A DNA stretch of 37,830 bases from assembly GCA_002413065.1 (NCBI GenBank), contig DHWH01000010.1, positions 348-38,177 on the forward strand. The letters run 5' to 3'. The notes under the pieces were generated by a model. It was given only the letters and a program-made list of their open reading frames with translations. It did not search any database and was not told the origin of the DNA. This document shows, piece after piece, positions 18,177-25,222 of the stretch; the stretch's first letter is position 1, and each line of letters starts with the position of its first letter. The DNA is from Patescibacteria group bacterium UBA5187 (lineage in GTDB: Bacteria; Patescibacteriota; Minisyncoccia; Phycocordibacterales; PALSA-1337). Made by a program: the position numbers and the translations under genes.

Positions 18177-19642
18177 TATTTTCAGTAGATAAAAAGTCCT
18201 CTTGTTTCTTGCCGATTATTCTCGGCATTATTTTTGTGATCATATATATTCCTCTCTGGGGATGGACGGTGCATGTCGCGCATGAACAGGAGCAGGTACA
18301 CAGGGAGGATATCATGCCAGTTCTGGGCTTGGAAGATTCCCTCAATTACCGCGTTCTCGCGGATAACCTTATCCGGCATCATGTCTTTTCTGCGCAGACC
18401 AGCGAGCCATTCATTCACGAGACATTCCGAGTTCCGGGGTATCCATTTTTTGCCGCATTAATTAAAGCGATCGCAGGTTCGTATCTTGCCGTTTCATTCG
18501 TTCAGGTCATTCTCACGTTCGTCACTTCTCTCCTTATATTTTTCCTAGGGAAGAAATTGCATTCGCAGAGAGTCGGATTCATCGCTGCTCTGCTGTTTAT
18601 CATTGATCCTGTCGTTGTCCAGTATACGCTTCTTATGATGTCTGATATTTTGTTCGTCTTTCTGATCACGCTTGCTGTTTATATTTATCTGAATGGATTT
18701 ACATCGGTTGCGCCACTCGCATCATCGGCCTCATCCGTACCGTCGGCATGGCAGGCTTTGAAACGTATGGCAAGTGTCGGACTGATATTGGGTATGGCGA
18801 CTTTGGTAAGGCCTATCTCAATGTATCTCATTATTCCGCTGGTATGCCTTGAATTATTCAGGAATTATTCAAGCGTCGGCTGGAAAAAAAGAATTGCCGC
18901 CGCACTCTGTATCCTTGTCGCATTCGCCGCATGTATTGTTCCGTGGATGATTCGAAACAAGGTGGCAAGCGGCGTCCTCGCAGTATCCTCTATTTCCACT
19001 TACAATCTTTTTGCTTTCAATTTGCCTGGATATTATTTATTTCATGATGGCATCCCTGAATCGCAGACCAAGGAAGCTTTTTTCAGGGAAGCCGGAGGGA
19101 TCAACGAAGATCAGGCGTGCATGCTCGAGTATGCCGGCGTCATCGGCCCTGTCGTATCCGGCAATCTCAAAGAGCATTTTTTCTCGTATGCCTACTTTCA
19201 TATTGCCAAGGTTACTTCGTTCTTTTTCTCATCATCGTACGAATCTCTTCTTACTACATATCTGCAGGTGAGTCCTTACAGAACTGCCCCCATCGAAATT
19301 ATCAAAGACCCGCATCTGAGCGATTTATTCGCCCGGCATGAATGGGTCAGGCTCGGCAAGGGTCTTATGTCGCATATTCCTGCGCTGATCGAGCGTATAT
19401 TCTGGGGCATTATGTTTCTCTGTGCCTGTGCCGCGGTCTGGGTATACAGGCGTTCTGTTGCTGTATGGATGTATGCCGGACTCATCGCGTATTTCGCTGT
19501 CGTTACAGGTCCGGTTGCCAATGCCAGATATCGTTTGCCCGGCATGCCATTTTTGTTCTTGTTGGCGGTTATGGGGATTGTTGCTTTGTGGCCGCTATTG
19601 GTGTGTCTAATGTGTCCGCGGATAGAGGAGAAGAAGCTGTAG
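18173..19642 (+). CDS. GT-C family membrane glycosyltransferase (ArnT/PMT, GT39/GT83-like)
   Basis: 489 aa and polytopic. The first-loop block 'LEDSLNYRVLADNL...ETFRVPGYPFFAALI' resembles PMT_2/ArnT-type enzymes. The ATG overlaps the upstream TGA (ATGA). Confidence 0.7.
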   Translation: MIFSVDKKSSCFLPIILGIIFVIIYIPLWGWTVHVAHEQEQVHREDIMPVLGLEDSLNYRVLADNLIRHHVFSAQTSEPFIHETFRVPGYPFFAALIKAIAGSYLAVSFVQVILTFVTSLLIFFLGKKLHSQRVGFIAALLFIIDPVVVQYTLLMMSDILFVFLITLAVYIYLNGFTSVAPLASSASSVPSAWQALKRMASVGLILGMATLVRPISMYLIIPLVCLELFRNYSSVGWKKRIAAALCILVAFAACIVPWMIRNKVASGVLAVSSISTYNLFAFNLPGYYLFHDGIPESQTKEAFFREAGGINEDQACMLEYAGVIGPVVSGNLKEHFFSYAYFHIAKVTSFFFSSSYESLLTTYLQVSPYRTAPIEIIKDPHLSDLFARHEWVRLGKGLMSHIPALIERIFWGIMFLCACAAVWVYRRSVAVWMYAGLIAYFAVVTGPVANARYRLPGMPFLFLLAVMGIVALWPLLVCLMCPRIEEKKL

Positions 19643-19696
19643 AAGGAATCGCGGAGGATTGATATGGTTGATGCGCGCGACAGATTTATGGTCTGA

Positions 19697-20953
19697 TTAT
19701 TTTTCATGGCTTTTTTTCAGAAGGATGATCGGCAAGATGGTGTTAAACGTGTGTGAAAGTATCTTGGCGACGATCGCTCCCCACAATCCGTAAAAATATA
19801 TGGCTATGAACATGATCACGATTTTGACGATAGGTCCGACTGTTCCCACGATATAGAGCTGTTTTTGAAGGCGCTTCGCGAAAAGGGCGCTCAACGATAT
19901 GTTCGCCATAATGGCGATCAAAGATATCGAAAATACCTGCGAGTAGAGAACCGAATTTTCATATTGAGGGAAGAGCCAGTGGAATGCCGTTGGAGCGATC
20001 AGGATGTAGACTATGGAAATGACGACGGCAATGATGAAGAGCTGGATGCTTTTGCGCCAAATATTCGCGGGCATGGTCGAGTTCTCGTTTTCTGAAAGTT
20101 TCGGCAATGCCGCGGTGGAAATAAAACTGAATAGTACGCGTATGCGTTCAGGAATGGATATCGCGAACGTGTATATGGCGAGTGTCGCCGGACCGAGAAA
20201 GTAATATAGGATCACACTGTCGAGCTGTGCCGCTATCATGCCGAGTATATTGAGAAAGCTGAGATGTTTTCCGTATACGATATCGGCCGGGTCGTAAACG
20301 GGCGAGGGTTTGTATTTTTGGTAGGTCCGTATGCAGAAAAAAATATTCGTGAAGGCATTGGCGGCATAGTAAGCCAGTATAAGATAAGGGACAGAAGGAA
20401 AATAGAATGCCGCCGTTCCGACAAGTATGAAATAAAAAATACTCGAAAAGATGCCATATGACGCCAATGTCCTGAATTCCTTTTTGCCCTGAAGAAAACC
20501 GCTGTATGTGTTCGCGACGCTTGAGAGGGGATACAAGATCGCAATGATGATAAAACATATCCCGTATGCATTATTCGAATGCAGAAAATAATATACGCTG
20601 AATGCCAGCGAGAATGCGCTCGACAGGAGTACCCATTTGAGCTGGACATAGAGGGACTTTTTGAATATTCCTTCACGTCCTTTTGCCACGGCCTGTGTCA
20701 CCGCCGTATTCATTCCCGATAGCGTAAGCGCGACGCCGATGCCCGCTATGGACAGAATATATTTGTAAATGCCGAATACCTCCTTTGAAACGAAATGCGC
20801 AAATAGGATTGAGAGTCCGAATGAGACCAGTGCGCCTACCACTTGGTTCGAGGTGAGCCAAAATCCGCTCTGTGCGGCGTAAACCATATCCGTCTTGGTG
20901 TATTTTTCAGTCCAGCGTAGGAATCTGTAGCTCCGGTCCTTGAGTTTTTCCAT
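19697..20953 (-). CDS. Wzx-like oligosaccharide/polysaccharide flippase (MOP superfamily)
   Basis: 418 aa with about 12 hydrophobic segments. The N-terminus 'RFLRWTEKYTKTDMVYAAQSGFWLTSNQVVGALVSF...HFVSKEVFGIYKYILSI' is typical of polysaccharide biosynthesis (Wzx/RfbX) proteins. Confidence 0.75.
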   Translation of the reverse strand: MEKLKDRSYRFLRWTEKYTKTDMVYAAQSGFWLTSNQVVGALVSFGLSILFAHFVSKEVFGIYKYILSIAGIGVALTLSGMNTAVTQAVAKGREGIFKKSLYVQLKWVLLSSAFSLAFSVYYFLHSNNAYGICFIIIAILYPLSSVANTYSGFLQGKKEFRTLASYGIFSSIFYFILVGTAAFYFPSVPYLILAYYAANAFTNIFFCIRTYQKYKPSPVYDPADIVYGKHLSFLNILGMIAAQLDSVILYYFLGPATLAIYTFAISIPERIRVLFSFISTAALPKLSENENSTMPANIWRKSIQLFIIAVVISIVYILIAPTAFHWLFPQYENSVLYSQVFSISLIAIMANISLSALFAKRLQKQLYIVGTVGPIVKIVIMFIAIYFYGLWGAIVAKILSHTFNTILPIILLKKSHEK

Positions 20954-21008
20954 GTCCGTAATTCTAAGGCAAATGTCCTATTTCCGCTAGCTCTCCCTAT
21001 TTATTTTA

Positions 21009-21017
21009 TGATATAGT
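21009..21017 (+). promoter_or_regulatory. Extended -10 promoter candidate (TGaTATAGT) in the divergent flippase / O-antigen-ligase spacer
   Basis: TG 21009-21010, one nt, then TATAGT 21012-21017, about 78 nt upstream of ATG 21095. Sequence pattern only. Confidence 0.25.
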
Positions 21018-21094
21018 AGGCTTTCCACGCCTAAGTATAGATCAAGCATCCGGTTTTATTACCAGTATCGTCATTAATCCACCTAATCTATCCC

Positions 21095-23284
21095 ATGAAA
21101 AAGATCACGAAATATATTGCTGTTGCGGCATTGTTCCTTGTTCCTATTTTTCCTCTTATTGTCGCAAATTCCTTCTTTTTCCCATTCATAACAGGCAAGG
21201 CATTTTATTTCCGGATTCTTATCGAACTTGCTTTTGCAAGCTGGATTATCCTGGCTTTCCTTGATGCCAAGTTCAGGCCGAAGCTCACTGCACTTACAGT
21301 AGGCATCAGTTTGTTCGCATTGATCGCTCTCGTTGCCGATCTTCTCGGCGTCAATCCTCTTCGCAGTCTTTGGTCAAACTTTGAACGTATGGAGGGATGG
21401 ATAACCATCCTACACTTGTGGGCTTTCTATATCGTGGCGACAAGCATTTTTGGTTCCGGCGAAGAAGGAAAACACCTCTGGCACCGCTGGCTCAATACCT
21501 CGCTGGCCGTTGCCTTCATTGTTGCCCTGTACGGTCTCTTCCAATTATTCGGTTGGGCGCAAGTTCACCAGGGAAGCACTCGTCTCGACGCTTCGCTTGG
21601 TAACTCTGCATACATGGCTGTCTACATGCTTTTCCACGCCTTTATCGCGGCATATTTCTTTTTTGTGGCGCGCATGAAGCGGGCAAAGAATATGGCCAAT
21701 GCCGCAGTCCATCAATGGGTCTACGGAATCGTCTCGGTTCTCTTCGCTTTTATTATTTTTGAAACTCAGACCCGCGGAACCATTCTCGGTCTTATTGGCG
21801 GCATTATGCTTGCTTTGGCCTTGTATGCGATTTTCGGCAAAGGCGAACCAAAAAAGTGGCGCTGGATTTCCGCAGGATTTATCGGCTCCATCATTCTTCT
21901 GGGCATTATTTTCTGGTTCAATCGCACCAATCCAATAATAGAGAGAAATCCGGTCCTCGGACGCTTCTCGCATATTTCATGGACTGATTCCAGTAATCAG
22001 GCTCGTCAGTATATCTGGCCAATGGCATTGAAAGGCGCCATGGAGCGGCCTGTTCTCGGCTGGGGTCAGGAAAATTTCAATTACATCTTTAATGCCGGTT
22101 ACAATCCCGCTATGTATGCGCAGGAACAATGGTTCGATCGCGCGCACAATGTCTTTATCGATTGGCTCGTGGCATCCGGTATAGTCGGTGTCATCGCGTA
22201 TCTCGCATTGTATGTTTTGTTTCTTATTGCCGTATGGAAGTCATCGCTGACTGTTGCGGAAAAAAGCGTTCTTACAGGCCTTCTGGCCGGATACTTCGTC
22301 CACAATGTTTTCGTGTTCGATAACCTGGCAAGTTACGCATTATTCTTCGGAATGCTCGGCTTCGTCAATTCGCTGAAAGAAGGAAAACATATTCGCTTGC
22401 TTGGAACAGAGCCGGCCCGTGTCGATGGCGTCGAGTATGTCGTGGCGCCTGTCGTTATCGTGGCCTTGGTGTTCGTACTATATTTCTTTGACGTTCGCGT
22501 CATTCGTGCAAACACATCTCTCATCGCCGCTCTTCGGGCATGCGGCAGTCCGCAGGCAAGTCCTTCCTTATTTGAGAAGACGCTGGGAGTGGACGCGTAT
22601 GTTGCGAATCAGGAGATCCGAGAGCAGCTGCTTTCATGTGCAGGAAATGTCATTGCAAGCCAGACTATCCCGGGTCCTACCAAGCAGGCATTTTTCGGTT
22701 TGGCTACGCGCGAAATTCAGGCTCAGATAGCCGCAACGCCGAATGATGCGCGCATATACGTTCTTGGCGGCTCATTCCTGAATGGAATTGGACAATACGA
22801 ACAGGCAGAAGGACTTTTGGAAACAGGCCATCAGCTGACGCCAAAAAAGCAGTCGCTTGATTTTGAGCTTGCGAACGATTATCTCAATACAGGAAAGAAA
22901 GAAAAGGCAGTCGAACTCCTCAAGCAGGCTTACGAATCGGCACCTGATTTCCCTCAGGCCAAGTCGGCATATGCCATTACGCTTATTGTTTCAGGAAGAG
23001 AAGCGGAAGCACGAACCATATTCAAAAATGATCCGGAGGTGTTCAATACGGCACAAATGGCTCAGGTATACGCTTCTCTCAAGCAGTATTCAAAAGCAGT
23101 TGCCATTTATGAGGAAATGGTAAAGAAAGATCCTGCGAATATCGAAATACGCGCACAATTGGCGCAAATGCAATATACGGCCGGCATGGTGAGTCAGGCT
23201 ATTCAGACTTTGCGCGACATTGAGAAGACCAACCCGGAACTCAAGGATAAAATAGAAGCGGCTATCAAGCAGGTTCAGAAATAA
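21095..23284 (+). CDS. O-antigen ligase (Wzy_C)-family polytopic membrane protein fused to C-terminal TPR repeats
   Basis: 729 aa. The polytopic N-terminal two thirds contain 'FETQTRGTILGLIGG' and 'PVLGWGQENFNYIF'. The C-terminal ~200 aa carry TPR-like repeats ('LANDYLNTGKKEKAVELLKQAYESAPDFPQA', 'MAQVYASLKQYSKAVAIYEEMVKKDPAN'). Confidence 0.8.
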   Translation: MKKITKYIAVAALFLVPIFPLIVANSFFFPFITGKAFYFRILIELAFASWIILAFLDAKFRPKLTALTVGISLFALIALVADLLGVNPLRSLWSNFERMEGWITILHLWAFYIVATSIFGSGEEGKHLWHRWLNTSLAVAFIVALYGLFQLFGWAQVHQGSTRLDASLGNSAYMAVYMLFHAFIAAYFFFVARMKRAKNMANAAVHQWVYGIVSVLFAFIIFETQTRGTILGLIGGIMLALALYAIFGKGEPKKWRWISAGFIGSIILLGIIFWFNRTNPIIERNPVLGRFSHISWTDSSNQARQYIWPMALKGAMERPVLGWGQENFNYIFNAGYNPAMYAQEQWFDRAHNVFIDWLVASGIVGVIAYLALYVLFLIAVWKSSLTVAEKSVLTGLLAGYFVHNVFVFDNLASYALFFGMLGFVNSLKEGKHIRLLGTEPARVDGVEYVVAPVVIVALVFVLYFFDVRVIRANTSLIAALRACGSPQASPSLFEKTLGVDAYVANQEIREQLLSCAGNVIASQTIPGPTKQAFFGLATREIQAQIAATPNDARIYVLGGSFLNGIGQYEQAEGLLETGHQLTPKKQSLDFELANDYLNTGKKEKAVELLKQAYESAPDFPQAKSAYAITLIVSGREAEARTIFKNDPEVFNTAQMAQVYASLKQYSKAVAIYEEMVKKDPANIEIRAQLAQMQYTAGMVSQAIQTLRDIEKTNPELKDKIEAAIKQVQK

Positions 23285-23320
23285 TATGCGCGCGTTACTA
23301 TCAAATTTAATACATATCGA

Positions 23321-23779
23321 ATGATTGCCTGGCTAAAAGGGAAATATACTACCGCCTGCATTGCCTATCCGGTATCCGCCAAAATTGGCAGGTACGTTAT
23401 TTCCGGAGGCACCGCTGCTGCAGTCAATCTGGTACTTCTTTATATCCTCACGGAATATGCCGGCATGTGGTATCTCTTGTCAGCAGTATGCTCGTTCATC
23501 ATCGCCTTCGGCGTAAGCTTTATTTTGCAAAAGAGCTGGACATTCCAGGATGCATCGAAAGACGGCATTCATCGTCAGCTCCTCGCTTATTTATTAGTTG
23601 CCTTGATCAACTTGGGCCTCAATACCGCTTTGCTGTATTCATTTGTGGAATATGCAAAACTGCATTATCTGCTCTCGCAAATTATGGCCGGCATCATTGT
23701 CGCGGCCGAAAGCTTCTTTGTGTATCAGATTTTTATCTTCAAAAAGCCCCAGATTCAAGCCGAGGTCGAAGCCGAATAG
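23321..23779 (+). CDS. GtrA-family small membrane protein
   Basis: 152 aa with 4 TM segments. 'RYVISGGTAAAVNLVLLYILTEYAGMWYLLSAVCSFIIAFGVSFILQKSWTF' matches the GtrA-like family pattern. Confidence 0.8.
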   Translation: MIAWLKGKYTTACIAYPVSAKIGRYVISGGTAAAVNLVLLYILTEYAGMWYLLSAVCSFIIAFGVSFILQKSWTFQDASKDGIHRQLLAYLLVALINLGLNTALLYSFVEYAKLHYLLSQIMAGIIVAAESFFVYQIFIFKKPQIQAEVEAE

Positions 23780-23876
23780 TGCACAAGTTATCCTCTTGCG
23801 TTCTATTTTTACATGTACTACCATTGTGATGTGAGTACCTCGTGCGGGCTCTCCAATAATAAATGTTTCGCAAAGT

Positions 23877-23896
23877 GGCCCACCTCGGGCCTTTTT
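23877..23896 (+). terminator. Rho-independent terminator candidate after the gtrA-like gene
   Basis: GGCCC (23877-23881), loop ACCTC, GGGCC (23887-23891), then TTTTT (23892-23896). The stem is short (5 GC pairs). Confidence 0.45.
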
Positions 23897-23914
23897 GCGT
23901 ATTGGGTAAGTAAT

Positions 23915-24019
23915 TGGCAAGAGCACACAAGATTCATCTCCAATCCAAATGTTGGTGTTACATAAAATTTCGAGACACGTTCAAACTTGTTTGGAGATGA
24001 ATCTTGTGTGCTCTTGCCA
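23915..24019. repeat. Perfect 29-bp inverted repeat (hairpin/cruciform-forming) with a 47-nt loop
   Basis: TGGCAAGAGCACACAAGATTCATCTCCAA (23915-23943) is the exact reverse complement of TTGGAGATGAATCTTGTGTGCTCTTGCCA (23991-24019), verified base by base. Confidence 0.95.
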
Positions 24020-24062
24020 CGTTCTGCACCCGCACGCTATACTTACTAGAGATTGCACCAAG

Positions 24063-24128
24063 TGACGGCGACGGTTGTACTCACATAAATTTAAACATTT
24101 TATTTGGAGCTCGCACCCGTCGCCATCA
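24063..24128 (+). other. GC-rich stem-loop immediately upstream of murB (possible 5'-leader or regulatory structure)
   Basis: GGCGACGG (24067-24074) pairs with CCGTCGCC (24117-24124). The stem is extended by TGA/TCA across one mismatch. The loop is 42 nt. No T-run follows, and the structure ends 20 nt before ATG 24148. Confidence 0.4.
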
Positions 24129-24147
24129 TTGGGTACAATATATTTCA

Positions 24148-25185
24148 ATGAAAATCCTTGAACATGTTCCGCTCGCGTCTTATACGACTTTCAAAATTGG
24201 CGGTCCGGCACGGTTTTTTTGCGTATGTGCAAATGAGTTGGATCTTGTGGAAGCGGTCATATATGCCAAGAGCAAGGATCTTCCTATTTTTGTGCTTGGC
24301 GGTGGTTCCAATATTCTCATTTCCGACGAAGGATTTACAGGAATGGTCATTAAGATGGAAATAAAAGGCATCGAATATCAGGGTGCAAATCCGGATGGTA
24401 CGGTATGCGTATCCGCTGCCGCAGGAGAAACATGGGATGATCTGGTGAACGACACGGTAGGACGGGGCTTGTATGGATTGGAAAATTTATCGGCCATTCC
24501 CGGAAGTGTCGGTGCGACCCCGGTGCAAAATATCGGCGCATACGGCAGGGAAGCTTCGGAAGTAATCGAATCCGTACGCGTATTGGACACTCACACGCTT
24601 CAACTTTTCGATCTATCGAATTCCGAATGTCATTTTAGTTATCGAGACAGCGTTTTCAAACATGTGAAGGGACGTTACGTCATTACGCGAGTTGATTTTA
24701 ATTTGTCTCCGATCGGCAAGCCTGATATAGAGTACAAAGAGTTGAAAAATTATTTTGCCCCTAAATTTTCTGACCCCGCTTTTACAGGTCCGACTCTGAA
24801 AGAAGTACGACAGGCCGTTATCGATGTGCGCTGGGGCAAATTACCGGATTGGAAATTGTGGGGAACTGCAGGATCATTTTTTAAAAATCCAATGATCTCA
24901 ACCGAGCATTTTTCAGATCTCAAACAAAAATATCCCGAGATTATGGGGTTTCCCGAAGCTAACGGATTGATCAAGGTTTCTTTGGCTTGGATTCTCGACA
25001 AAGTGTGCAATGTGAAAGGATTATGTGTCGGAAATGTGTGCACGTACGACAAGCAGGCGCTTGTGGTTGTTACGAAACCTGGCGCAGCGGCTTCAGAAGT
25101 TGTTGAATTGACGCACGAACTCATGAGACGTACGAAGGAAAAAACGGGCATCGAGATCGAAGCGGAGGTGGAATGGGTGAATTAA
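24148..25185 (+). CDS. murB: UDP-N-acetylenolpyruvoylglucosamine reductase
   Basis: 'LASYTTFKIGGPARFF', 'IFVLGGGSNILISDEGF' and 'LSAIPGSVGATPVQNIGAYG' are canonical MurB blocks. The upstream extension from 24004 runs through the palindrome region and is rejected. Confidence 0.9.
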   Translation: MKILEHVPLASYTTFKIGGPARFFCVCANELDLVEAVIYAKSKDLPIFVLGGGSNILISDEGFTGMVIKMEIKGIEYQGANPDGTVCVSAAAGETWDDLVNDTVGRGLYGLENLSAIPGSVGATPVQNIGAYGREASEVIESVRVLDTHTLQLFDLSNSECHFSYRDSVFKHVKGRYVITRVDFNLSPIGKPDIEYKELKNYFAPKFSDPAFTGPTLKEVRQAVIDVRWGKLPDWKLWGTAGSFFKNPMISTEHFSDLKQKYPEIMGFPEANGLIKVSLAWILDKVCNVKGLCVGNVCTYDKQALVVVTKPGAAASEVVELTHELMRRTKEKTGIEIEAEVEWVN

Positions 25186-25222
25186 ACGGCACTTTTTTAT
25201 TGGGTATGATATAGTGTCTGTC

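Noticed and set aside
19643-19696. Bidirectional terminator between the convergent GT-C gene and the Wzx flippase gene
   Set aside because: The 54-nt spacer contains no convincing GC-rich stem followed by a T-run on either strand. Nothing there is supportable.
23915-24019. Calling the 29-bp inverted repeat a bona fide MITE or IS remnant
   Set aside because: There is no target-site duplication flanking the arms (…GTAAT| vs |CGTTC…), no second copy in the window and no transposase. It is left as an unexplained palindromic element in the findings rather than annotated as a mobile element.
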